From positions 1 to 32,222 of the forward strand of contig DKLE01000256.1 in NCBI GenBank assembly GCA_002455605.1: a DNA stretch of 32,222 bases, written 5' to 3'. Each line of letters opens with the position of its first letter. Position 1 is the stretch's first letter. This DNA comes from Firmicutes bacterium UBA6648. Lineage in GTDB: Bacteria; Bacillota; Clostridia; Peptostreptococcales; Anaerovoracaceae. Below are positions 17,430 through 26,296 of the stretch, in pieces. The notes beneath the pieces were generated by a model. That model was not told the origin of the DNA, did not search any database, and saw only the letters and a list, made by a program, of their open reading frames with translations. Position numbers and translations under genes: made by a program.

Positions 17430-17555
17430 CCCTAGTCAACCGTCCTCTTTGTATACAACCGCAAAATTGCGTACAAAAACTGTAATTTAATGGCAATCTT
17501 ATCATAGAATATGACCATTCTTTGCAATTCAAATGCAGTATTATAAAACTGCCTA

Positions 17556-17584
17556 TTGACAATAGTTTTCATTCAGTATATTCT
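17556..17584 (+). promoter_or_regulatory. SigA promoter overlapped by a Fur-like box
   Basis: TTGACA (17556)-17 nt-TATTCT (17579); TGACAAT-A-GTTTTCA (17557-17571) matches TGATAAT-N-ATTATCA at 11 of 14 positions. Confidence 0.65.
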
Positions 17585-17590
17585 AAAAAA

Positions 17591-17710
17591 TATTAAGGGA
17601 ATTAGTTAAGTTTTATCCCCATAAAATTTAACTGTCCTTTTGGATTTCCCCTAAATAAATAAAAAATCAGCAAACAAAAAACAGAGAGCTTCTGCTCTCT
17701 GTTTTTTGTT
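17591..17710 (+). ncRNA. Candidate small regulatory RNA with C-rich loops
   Basis: Promoter upstream; 13-14 bp stem with CCCC loop; strong terminator; no credible ORF. Confidence 0.6.
17673..17710. terminator. Bidirectional terminator (candidate sRNA and DUF1292 gene)
   Basis: Perfect 17-bp inverted repeat AACAAAAAACAGAGAGC-ttct-GCTCTCTGTTTTTTGTT. Confidence 0.88.
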
Positions 17711-17761
17711 GCTTTCATATCGTAACTTGACAATTTATTCTTTATAACAAATTATAAACAA

Positions 17762-18076
17762 CTATTCTTCTTCCGCTGTTAGCTTATCAAATTCTGCAAC
17801 AACCTTTTCAAACTCCTCATCATCATCGATATCAACTAATTCAAATTCTTCTTCGCCAACTTCCTTATATCCATAGATATAAACATCATCTGTTCCGTCA
17901 TCTGGTATAAGAGCAATGTATTCTTTTCCTTGAAAATCAAATACACCCATAATCTCGCACTCAACTTCTACACCATCATCAAATTCTAAAGTTAAAAAAT
18001 CTGAATCTCCATGATCGTGTTCGTGTTCACCGCATCCGCAGCCACAACCGCCAGCGCACTTTTCTTTATCTGACAT
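17762..18076 (-). CDS. DUF1292 family acidic protein with Cys/His-rich N-terminus
   Basis: LTLEFDDG.EVEC..GKEYIALIP...IDDDEEFEKV pattern; ATG 18076 behind GGAGG. Confidence 0.82.
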   Translation of the reverse strand: MSDKEKCAGGCGCGCGEHEHDHGDSDFLTLEFDDGVEVECEIMGVFDFQGKEYIALIPDDGTDDVYIYGYKEVGEEEFELVDIDDDEEFEKVVAEFDKLTAEEE

Positions 18077-18150
18077 ACTACAGTCCTCCATGTAAAAATC
18101 GTTTTGGTAATTTACTTAGTATATGCAAATTTTCATATACTATTATCAAT

Positions 18151-18179
18151 ACTATACCACCATAATTTGCCTTTATCAA
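18151..18179 (-). promoter_or_regulatory. SigA promoter for the DUF1292 gene
   Basis: TTGATA-17 nt-TATAGT with extended TG. Confidence 0.6.
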
Positions 18180-20062
18180 TCAAAATATTCTCTGATATTT
18201 TTTGCTACCGATTCAGTTATCCCCGGCGCTTCACACAATTCTTCGATTGTAGCGGATTTAATTTTATCCAGACTTCCGAAATGAATCAGCAAAGAGTTAC
18301 GTCTTTGAGGCCCTATACCGTCAATTTCATCCAGAACCGATCCCTGTATCCGCTTTCCTCTCAGGCCTCTGTGATAATCAATAGCAAACCGGTGAACCTC
18401 TTCTTGAACGGCTCCTGTATATTTAAACAAAAGAGGATGCTCCTTCAGCAGCAGCTCCTCATACTCATCTTCTCCATAGGGTTTATATATCAATGCCCTG
18501 GTTCGATGCTTATCATCTTTAGCCATGCCTGCAACCGCTACATTGATTTTCATCGCATGGAGTATTTGCTGAACAGCAGATACCTGACCTTTACCTCCGT
18601 CAATAAAAAGAATATGGGGCAGGGTTTTAAAAGAAGGATCTCCTTCCAAAGCTCTTTTAAATCGGCGGTATAGAACTTCCTGCATACTGCCGTAATCGTT
18701 TGGCCCTTCCACGGTTCGGATTTTAAACCGCCTATATTCTTTTTTGTTAGGCTTCAGCCCTTCAAAAACCACCATGGCCCCCACCGAATCAATTCCATTT
18801 GTATTGGAGATGTCGTAAGCCTCCACCCTATAATCTTTCCATTTCTGAGCATGGCTGTCCAATTGCAGATCTAAAGGATTATTTGCCCCGCTGCCGGTAA
18901 TCCGATCAATTAAAGACCCAATTTCTTTCGATAAGGCCTCTCGTCTGGCTCGATGATTATTTTCTCTTTCATCAATGGACTTTAGCAGCTCAATGGAATC
19001 TTTTTGGGCTAATTTCAGTAAATCTTTCTTATCCCCTCTTTGTGGAAGCGTTATTTTTACTTGTCTTCCCGCAATTTCTCCCAAGAAGTCTTCTATCAGT
19101 TCACTTTCTTCTACAGGCTGCTCCACCAAGATTTCATACGGAATATTAGGGTTCTCACTGTAATACTGTTTCAGGAACTCACTCACCAGTTCATTTTTAT
19201 CTTCTGTTCCCTCCATAGCAAAGCTTTCACGCCCTGTTAGTTTCCCATTTCTAACAAAAAATAATACCACGTAGGATTTCTGGCTGCTGGAAATAGCCAG
19301 TGCAATATCCAAATCCTTTAATCCCAGCAGAACTACCCGCTGTTTTTCTGTAATTGTTTTAGCAGCTTCAATGTAATCTCTTAATTCAGCAGCTCTTTCA
19401 AAGCTCAGCAGCTCCGACTCCTCCAGCATTTTTTCAGTGAGCATGTCCACCAACGGCTTTGTCTTTCCGTTCAAAAAATCCATAATATGCATGATATCCT
19501 GCATATAGGATTCTCTGCTGACTTTTCCTGTGCAAATGCCTCTGCATTGATTGATGTGATAGTTCAGACAAGGTTTTATAATCTCAGGGAATTTCCTTGT
19601 GGCACAACGTTTAAGCACAAAGATATTATTCAGTAAATCAATCATCTGATTGACCGCTCCAGCATCTGCATACGGCCCAAAATATTTACAGCCATCCTTT
19701 TCCACTCTTCTGGTTTTAACCAGTCTGGGGTACTCTTCATCCATTGTTATCTTTATATAAGGATAGGTTTTATCATCTCTCAGCAAAACGTTATATTTAG
19801 GCATATAGCGCTTAATCAGCGTACATTCCAAAATCAGCGCTTCCATCTCAGTATTAGTAGTAATATACTCAAATTCTTCAATATGGCTTACCATCGCACG
19901 CACTTTTGCCGGCATATTTTTAGGCGATTGAAAATACTGACGCACACGGTTTTTCAGAGAAACGGCTTTCCCCACATAAATAACCTGCCCCAGTTTATCC
20001 TTATGTATATAAACTCCCGGGCTGTCCGGGAGTTTTTTTAAATTCTCTTTGATATCAAACAT
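18176..20062 (-). CDS. uvrC: Excinuclease ABC subunit C
   Basis: GIY-YIG domain (PGVY...YVGKA..L.NRV); YDISN; IDGGKGQ; C-terminal HhH repeats. Confidence 0.97.
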   Translation of the reverse strand: MFDIKENLKKLPDSPGVYIHKDKLGQVIYVGKAVSLKNRVRQYFQSPKNMPAKVRAMVSHIEEFEYITTNTEMEALILECTLIKRYMPKYNVLLRDDKTYPYIKITMDEEYPRLVKTRRVEKDGCKYFGPYADAGAVNQMIDLLNNIFVLKRCATRKFPEIIKPCLNYHINQCRGICTGKVSRESYMQDIMHIMDFLNGKTKPLVDMLTEKMLEESELLSFERAAELRDYIEAAKTITEKQRVVLLGLKDLDIALAISSSQKSYVVLFFVRNGKLTGRESFAMEGTEDKNELVSEFLKQYYSENPNIPYEILVEQPVEESELIEDFLGEIAGRQVKITLPQRGDKKDLLKLAQKDSIELLKSIDERENNHRARREALSKEIGSLIDRITGSGANNPLDLQLDSHAQKWKDYRVEAYDISNTNGIDSVGAMVVFEGLKPNKKEYRRFKIRTVEGPNDYGSMQEVLYRRFKRALEGDPSFKTLPHILFIDGGKGQVSAVQQILHAMKINVAVAGMAKDDKHRTRALIYKPYGEDEYEELLLKEHPLLFKYTGAVQEEVHRFAIDYHRGLRGKRIQGSVLDEIDGIGPQRRNSLLIHFGSLDKIKSATIEELCEAPGITESVAKNIREYFD

Positions 20063-20064
20063 AA

Positions 20065-21471
20065 TTACCTGTTCATATATTTTTCTTTATTGTAATACAA
20101 TTTGTTTATCTCTCTGTCCATAGCAATCCGCATGGCGCGTTCTGCTCTTCTCTGTTTTCGGCGTCTGATGTTCCTGTTCCTTATGAAAAGCAGCGTCCCT
20201 GCAACGGCACCGGCGAAGACTATTGATATACCAATGCCTGCATATAATTTGGCGCCTTTTCCTGATACTTTAAGTATAGCAGAAATTCCGCCTTTTTCAA
20301 CAGCTTCTGCAGCCACAATATTGACAGAGCTCATTAATACCTCACCCTGGAAAAATTCTATGGTGCCTACGGTTTCCCCTGCCTGAACAGGCGCTTCTAC
20401 CTTATCTTTAACATTCACAACCTTTTTTAAGACTTTGGTGCTTTGATTACGGGGAAGTGTGGCATAGCCGTCCGTTTCTGCCACTAAATTCACTTGTTTT
20501 TTACTGCCCTTTGACACCTTTATAGTCCCTAAATCTGAATTCTTGTTAACGGTCTTAACCGTATGATAATTTTCAAAGCCCCAATCTAAAAGAGCTATAG
20601 AGTCACCAAATCTGCCGGAATCCGTAGACTTCAGCACTACGGCCAGCAACTCTGTCCCATCTCTCAGGGCACTGGCCGCCAGACAACCTCCTGCATGACC
20701 GGTATATCCTGTTTTTATTCCTGTCACCCCGTCGTATTTTGCGGTACGGATTACCCCGTTTGCAGACACCTTGGTCTTCGTATCATAAAGCAGTCGATTG
20801 GTATTATACAAATATCTGGGTTCTTCCTGTTTATTAGTCGGCTGGATGGTATACTTGTATGTAGTGACAAACTCCCTGAACTTTGGATTCTCCATAGCCG
20901 CTTTTGCAATCATGGCCAAATCATAAGCAGTAGTCACATGCCCGTCTAGATGAAGACCGTTGGGATTAATAAAATTGGTATTTTTCGCTCCCAGTTCCTT
21001 GGCTTTTTCGTTCATCATCACTGCAAAATCTTCAATACTTCCAGCCATTTCTTTTGCCAAAGCTACCGCTGCATCATTGGCTGATTCCAAAAATAAAGCA
21101 TAGAGCAGGTCTTCCACTGTAATTTTCTCACCTTCCATCAGGTAGATTCTGCTCCCCTCGGTGAAAGGTGTCTCTGCATCAATTGTAACCACTTTATCCA
21201 GCGGTAAATTTTCAAGGGCCAAAAGCCCTGTAATCATCTTCGTGGTGCTCGCAGGTTCTTTTTGTATATCCATTCCCTTATTGTATAAAATAGTCCCTGT
21301 TTTTGCATCGATTAATATCCCTGTTTCTGCCACAATAGCTGGTACATTTGTTGTTGTATGTGATACAGAATTATCTTTTACCGTAGCTTCCGCAAAAGCA
21401 GCAGAGGTATTGATACCCAGGCTAACAACTAAGGAAAATAGCACAATCATTGTTATAATCGTTTTTTTCAT
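20065..21471 (-). CDS. D-alanyl-D-alanine carboxypeptidase (peptidase S11)
   Basis: Signal peptide; PASTTK (SxxK), SAN, KTG motifs; C-terminal TM and basic tail. Confidence 0.92.
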   Translation of the reverse strand: MKKTIITMIVLFSLVVSLGINTSAAFAEATVKDNSVSHTTTNVPAIVAETGILIDAKTGTILYNKGMDIQKEPASTTKMITGLLALENLPLDKVVTIDAETPFTEGSRIYLMEGEKITVEDLLYALFLESANDAAVALAKEMAGSIEDFAVMMNEKAKELGAKNTNFINPNGLHLDGHVTTAYDLAMIAKAAMENPKFREFVTTYKYTIQPTNKQEEPRYLYNTNRLLYDTKTKVSANGVIRTAKYDGVTGIKTGYTGHAGGCLAASALRDGTELLAVVLKSTDSGRFGDSIALLDWGFENYHTVKTVNKNSDLGTIKVSKGSKKQVNLVAETDGYATLPRNQSTKVLKKVVNVKDKVEAPVQAGETVGTIEFFQGEVLMSSVNIVAAEAVEKGGISAILKVSGKGAKLYAGIGISIVFAGAVAGTLLFIRNRNIRRRKQRRAERAMRIAMDREINKLYYNKEKYMNR

Positions 21472-21484
21472 TGTTTCCCCAAAT

Positions 21485-22762
21485 CTAATTTAATCTCTCA
21501 AAAAAATAATCAGCTAATTCATATCCGCTTCCAAAGCTTTTTCCCATTGCACCGGAAGTTTCATTGAAAGCTCTGGCACTATCCGCTTCCCGCTCCTTCG
21601 TACTGTCATATATGACGAAAGGAACCGGTGTTGATGAATGCGTCCGGATGCACAGCGGTGTTCTGTGATCTGGTACCACCAACACTCGGAAAGCGTCCCC
21701 AGTACTCTTCAAATATTCAAGAATAGGCTTTGCTATCTTTTCATCAATCAATTCCAGACATTTAATTTTTCCCGGCTGATCGCCCTGATGAGAACATTCA
21801 TCAGGTCCTTCCAGATGCATATAAACAAAGTCTTTTCCTTTTTGAAACTCTTTCACTGCGGCCTGCGCTTTTCCTTCAAAATTTGTGTGCAAGGTCCCTG
21901 TTACTCCTTCTACATCGACAGAATCCAGTCCTGCACAAAGAGCAATTCCCTTAATTAAATCTACCGCAGAAATTGCTGTCCCTGTAATTTTATACTTATT
22001 ATAAAAAGAAGACAAGCTTGGCTTTTTACCCTGGCCCCAGATCCAAGCTGTATTTGCAGGATTTAATCCTTTCGCCAGCCTTTCCCGATTAATCGGATGA
22101 TCCCTCAGGATTTCATAACTTTTCTTCATCAGTTCTGTAATAAAGTCACCAGGCTGAGCGGATGCATCATTCATTTTTCCTTCACCCTTAGGCAGATAAT
22201 CTGCGACTTTTTTCCCAAGAACGTCATGGGGCGGCGTCAAATCATAGTCGGTGGATCCCTCCTTAACTATCATGCAATGCCGATAGCTTACTCCGGTATA
22301 GAACTGAATTTTTTCAGACCCCAGTTCCCCCTGCAAAGCCTTAATCAATGCATCTGCCTCTTCCGTAGTGATATCACCGGAACTGTGATCTGTGATAATC
22401 AAATCTTCATAGGCAGTTTGGGAGTTCCCATCTGCCGGCCTGCCGGTCTTCGGATCTACTAAGGTAATGATATTTGTTCTGAAGGCAACATCTGTTTCTG
22501 ACATATCAATGCCGATACTTGCTGCCTCAAGCGGTGATCGTCCTGTAAGATAAACTGCCGGATCATATCCCATAACTGATAAATTGGCCGCATCACTGCC
22601 CGGTGCCACCCCTTCCGGTATGGTTTGAACCATACCTACCTCACCTTTTGCCGCAAGCCCGTTGATTACCGGCATAGCTGCCACTTCAAGAGGTGTTTTT
22701 CCACCTAAATCTTCAATCTTTTCATCCCCTGCGCCATCGGGAACGATAATCAAATACTTCAT
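21485..22762 (-). CDS. apgM: Cofactor-independent phosphoglycerate mutase, ApgM/archaeal type
   Basis: DGAGD, GKTPLE, PGSDAANLS, GRSPLEAAS, DECSH, PDH, THS metal-binding motifs. Confidence 0.85.
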   Translation of the reverse strand: MKYLIIVPDGAGDEKIEDLGGKTPLEVAAMPVINGLAAKGEVGMVQTIPEGVAPGSDAANLSVMGYDPAVYLTGRSPLEAASIGIDMSETDVAFRTNIITLVDPKTGRPADGNSQTAYEDLIITDHSSGDITTEEADALIKALQGELGSEKIQFYTGVSYRHCMIVKEGSTDYDLTPPHDVLGKKVADYLPKGEGKMNDASAQPGDFITELMKKSYEILRDHPINRERLAKGLNPANTAWIWGQGKKPSLSSFYNKYKITGTAISAVDLIKGIALCAGLDSVDVEGVTGTLHTNFEGKAQAAVKEFQKGKDFVYMHLEGPDECSHQGDQPGKIKCLELIDEKIAKPILEYLKSTGDAFRVLVVPDHRTPLCIRTHSSTPVPFVIYDSTKEREADSARAFNETSGAMGKSFGSGYELADYFFERLN

Positions 22763-22819
22763 TATTTTTCCTCATTTTCCCTTATTAACTAACTTTTAAC
22801 TATAATTTAATGAAACACG

Positions 22820-22856
22820 AAAAGTGATAAAAATTTTTCAATTCTTATCACTTTTT
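22820..22856. terminator. AT-rich hairpin, possible terminator after serC
   Basis: AAAAGTGATAA/TTATCACTTTT inverted repeat. Confidence 0.5.
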
Positions 22857-22878
22857 ATTTTTGTGTCTATCTTAAAAT

Positions 22879-23976
22879 CTATTTTGCGTTTTCTTCTTCA
22901 AACTTTTTCATGAAATTAATCAATGCGTCCACGCCTTCAGCCGGCATAGCATTGTAAATACTTGCTCTCATACCTCCGATTGAACGATGCCCCCCAAGGT
23001 TTACAAGACCTGCTGCCTTTGCTTCAGCGATAAATTTCTTATCCAGCTCCGCATCTCCGGTAACAAAAACTACGTTCATTAAAGAACGGCTGTCTTCCTG
23101 GACAGGACACTTATATAATTTACTGTTATCAATAAACTGATACAGCTTTCCTGCCTTTTCAATATCCAGCTTATTTAGAGGAGGAATCCCCCCATTCTTT
23201 AAAATGTGTTTAAAGACTTCTCCGGCCACATAAATTGTAAAGCAAGGAGGCGTATTGTACATGGAGTCATTTTCTGCATGTACTTTATAATCTAAATAGG
23301 TAGGTATATCTACAGGTGCAAAGCCGATTAAATCTTCTTTGATGATAACAATAGTAACTCCTGCTGGTGCAATATTCTTCTGAGCGCCTGCATAAATCAA
23401 GCCAAACTTTGTTACGTCTATCTCTTCTGAAAGAATGCAAGAGGACATATCTGCAACCAGGGGAATATCTCCCGTATCCGGTATATATCCATAATGAGTA
23501 CCGTAAATAGTGTTATTAAATGTAATGTGAACATAATCTGCATCTTCTCTGAAATCTTCCTTATTTACTTTAGGAATATAGGAGAAGGTGGTGTCTTCCG
23601 AGGATGCTACGATTTTTATATCTCCAAATTTCTTGGCTTCTGCGGCGGCTTTTTTTGCCCAAGTACCGGTTACTATGTAGTCTGCCTTCTTCGACTTTTT
23701 CAGAAGATTCATAGGAACCATTGAAAATTGTAGGGTTCCTCCTCCTTGAAGGAATAGTACTTTATAATTGTCCGGAATATTCATAAGCTCCCGAAGATTT
23801 TTTTCCGCTTCTTCTGTAATTGCCACAAATTCCTTTGAACGATGGCTCATTTCCATAACTGACTGGCCGCAGCCCATATAATTAGTAAGCTCTTTCGCTA
23901 CGTCTTCCATTACTTCCAAAGGCAGCATAGATGGTCCTGCTGAAAAGTTAAACACTCTGCCGTTATCTTTATTCAT
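22879..23976 (-). CDS. serC: Phosphoserine aminotransferase
   Basis: FNFSAGP, MEMSHRS, GAQKN (PLP Lys), MYNTPP, GHRSIGGMRAS; ATG 23976 behind GAGGTG. Confidence 0.96.
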   Translation of the reverse strand: MNKDNGRVFNFSAGPSMLPLEVMEDVAKELTNYMGCGQSVMEMSHRSKEFVAITEEAEKNLRELMNIPDNYKVLFLQGGGTLQFSMVPMNLLKKSKKADYIVTGTWAKKAAAEAKKFGDIKIVASSEDTTFSYIPKVNKEDFREDADYVHITFNNTIYGTHYGYIPDTGDIPLVADMSSCILSEEIDVTKFGLIYAGAQKNIAPAGVTIVIIKEDLIGFAPVDIPTYLDYKVHAENDSMYNTPPCFTIYVAGEVFKHILKNGGIPPLNKLDIEKAGKLYQFIDNSKLYKCPVQEDSRSLMNVVFVTGDAELDKKFIAEAKAAGLVNLGGHRSIGGMRASIYNAMPAEGVDALINFMKKFEEENAK

Positions 23977-24055
23977 TAAAAACTTCACCTCTTTCATCAA
24001 ACTATTCTTATTATTAACACCCCGTTAGGCCATGCTAAATTGTAAATTAAATATG

Positions 24056-24094
24056 ATTATACCACTTTACTCATGTCGAGTAAAGTGGTATAAT
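24056..24094. promoter_or_regulatory. Palindromic bidirectional SigA promoter for serC and serA
   Basis: Perfect 17-bp inverted repeat; each strand reads TTTACT-17 nt-TATAAT with extended TG. Confidence 0.75.
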
Positions 24095-24163
24095 GTGCAG
24101 CAAGACAATTTTTAATGTGTTTATCACAAAATTTTAACTAAAATTTGTTATGAGGTGACAAAA

Positions 24164-25327
24164 ATGTATAATATTGCAACGCTAAACAAAATATCTCCTG
24201 TAGGCCTTGGCCGTCTTACAGACCAATATAAAATAACTGAAGATATGAATTCATCAGATGGTATTCTTGTAAGAAGCCAGGATATGCTTTCTATGGAATT
24301 CTCACAAAGTCTTCTGGCAATTGCCCGAGCCGGTGCCGGTGTGAACAACATTCCCGTTGACCGCTGCGCAGAAGAAGGCATCGTGGTCTTCAACACTCCG
24401 GGTGCCAATGCCAATGCGGTAAAGGAACTTGTATTGGCAGGAATATTCCTTGGGGCCAGAAATATACCGGATGCCATCACCTGGTCCTATGGGCTGGTAG
24501 GGAATGAAGATGTTTCCAAGGCTGTGGAAAAAGGAAAAAGTCAGTTTGCAGGCACAGAAATTAAAGGAAAGACTTTAGGCGTTATCGGTCTTGGAGCCAT
24601 TGGTGTTTCCGTTGCCAATGCCGCTGAAAAGCTCGGTATGAAAGTGATCGGAAATGACCCATACATAACCTTGCATGCCGCTCATAATCTTTCCAACACT
24701 ATTCCTGTGGTACATTCTCTTGAAGAATTGCTGCCAAACTGCGACTACGTCTCCATCCACGTTCCTGCCATGGATAAAACCAAGGGAATGATAAATAAGG
24801 ATACGATTGCCCTCATGAAGGACGGTATTACTTTCCTTAACTTCTCCAGAGACAAATTAGTTAATGATGACGATATGCTTGTTGCTCTGGCTTCCGGAAA
24901 AATAAAAAAATATATCACGGATTTCCCTAACAATAAGCTGGTGGGAAAAGAAGGTGTTATCTGCATACCTCACCTGGGTGCTTCCACAGAAGAAGCGGAG
25001 GATAACTGTGCTGTTATGGCCGCAGAGGAACTGATGGACTACATTGAAAACGGAAATATTACGAATTCTGTCAACTTCCCAGCCTGCAGCTTAGGTCCTG
25101 TAAACGGTACCCGAGTATGCGTTTTAAACAAGAACATTCCGGCTATGCTAAGTGCCATTACCGGAGCTGTTTCTGATTTGGATTTAAATATCAATAATCT
25201 TTTAAATAAAAGTAAAGGCGATTATGCTTGCACCCTTGTTGACATAGATGGAACGGTAACCGAAGCCGATGTAGCATCTAAGCTGAATATCCCTGGAATA
25301 ATCAAAATCCGGGTTATCAGTAAATAG
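24164..25327 (+). CDS. serA: D-3-phosphoglycerate dehydrogenase with C-terminal ACT domain
   Basis: ARAGAGVNN, NTPGAN, GLGAIG, PHLGAST; ACT-like tail; ATG 24164 behind GAGGTG. Confidence 0.9.
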   Translation: MYNIATLNKISPVGLGRLTDQYKITEDMNSSDGILVRSQDMLSMEFSQSLLAIARAGAGVNNIPVDRCAEEGIVVFNTPGANANAVKELVLAGIFLGARNIPDAITWSYGLVGNEDVSKAVEKGKSQFAGTEIKGKTLGVIGLGAIGVSVANAAEKLGMKVIGNDPYITLHAAHNLSNTIPVVHSLEELLPNCDYVSIHVPAMDKTKGMINKDTIALMKDGITFLNFSRDKLVNDDDMLVALASGKIKKYITDFPNNKLVGKEGVICIPHLGASTEEAEDNCAVMAAEELMDYIENGNITNSVNFPACSLGPVNGTRVCVLNKNIPAMLSAITGAVSDLDLNINNLLNKSKGDYACTLVDIDGTVTEADVASKLNIPGIIKIRVISK

Positions 25328-25340
25328 ATTATTGTACTGT

Positions 25341-25437
25341 ATAAAAAAACCTCTTGACCGGAAATTGATGTGACCCCAATAAGCTAGATTTTTAGGTCTA
25401 ACTTATTGGGGTCAATTCAAATCAAGAGGTTTTTTAT
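25341..25437. terminator. Bidirectional terminator between convergent serA and the YihY gene, interrupted by a MITE
   Basis: ATAAAAAAACCTCTTGA / TCAAGAGGTTTTTTAT arms. Confidence 0.8.
25366..25419. mobile_element. 54-bp IS3-family-like MITE
   Basis: TG...CA ends; TGACCCCAATAAG/CTTATTGGGGTCA inverted repeats; flanking AAT direct repeat (25363-25365, 25420-25422). Confidence 0.7.
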
Positions 25438-25448
25438 TTGCAATTCAA

Positions 25449-26282
25449 TTACTTATATTTTGTATCTGCCCATACCTTATTGCAGAGTATTCCCAGAACC
25501 AACGCCCAGGCTAAAAAATAAAACCACATCATAACAGCTACAACAGCTGCCAAAGATCCATAGAGGATATCATAGTTGGAAATATATTGCGTATATATCT
25601 TATATCCCGATGTCACCGCCAGCATCCCCACCGAAGCAAAAATACTGCCCGGCAAAATCTGCCTGAATTTTAATTTATGTGAAGGCAGCACATAATAGCT
25701 GTATGTTACCATCAGAAAATAAAGAGCCATAGTTATCGGCCATCTGAGAGCCAGCCAAAACATATTGACTTCATAATTTATTCCGATGGTTGTCATCAGA
25801 GTTGCTGCCACTAATTCAATAATCAGCTCTCCGTAAACTAAAATAATCAATCCAAAAGCCAGCGTAAATAGAGTCACCGCCATTGTTTTAACGGCTCTTA
25901 TTCTTTCACGCCAATATCCGTTTCCTGTACTTCTACCGCCGGTTAAAGTATAATTGGCTATTCTCATAAGAGCAAATTCTGCTCTGGATGCAGCCCATAA
26001 AGTAATAACGATAAAAACCGTATTCATGGCTCTTGTGGACTGGTATGAAATTAACTTAAGCACCACATCGGCCACATCTTTTGCAACGTACCTCTGGATT
26101 AAGTCGCCCAATGCCTCCAGGGATACGGAAAAAATTCCAAGAAGCTGAGAAAGAACAATTATTGTCGGTACAATAGACATCAGAAAATAAAATGCCAGCT
26201 GTGCGGCAAAACCATGATAATATGGATCCCGAATCTGCTTAATGCCCAGCGCGATCATTTGTATCAGTCTTTTTTTATTCAT
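25449..26282 (-). CDS. YihY/virulence factor BrkB family membrane protein
   Basis: AAQLAFYFLMSIVP; LWAAS; YDILYGSL...MMWFY; multiple TM segments. Confidence 0.9.
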   Translation of the reverse strand: MNKKRLIQMIALGIKQIRDPYYHGFAAQLAFYFLMSIVPTIIVLSQLLGIFSVSLEALGDLIQRYVAKDVADVVLKLISYQSTRAMNTVFIVITLWAASRAEFALMRIANYTLTGGRSTGNGYWRERIRAVKTMAVTLFTLAFGLIILVYGELIIELVAATLMTTIGINYEVNMFWLALRWPITMALYFLMVTYSYYVLPSHKLKFRQILPGSIFASVGMLAVTSGYKIYTQYISNYDILYGSLAAVVAVMMWFYFLAWALVLGILCNKVWADTKYK

Positions 26283-26296
26283 ATTCCACCTTTTAT

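Noticed and set aside
17448..17477. Imperfect hairpin after the small membrane ORF as a terminator
   Set aside because: Contains a mismatch and lacks a U-tract on the plus strand
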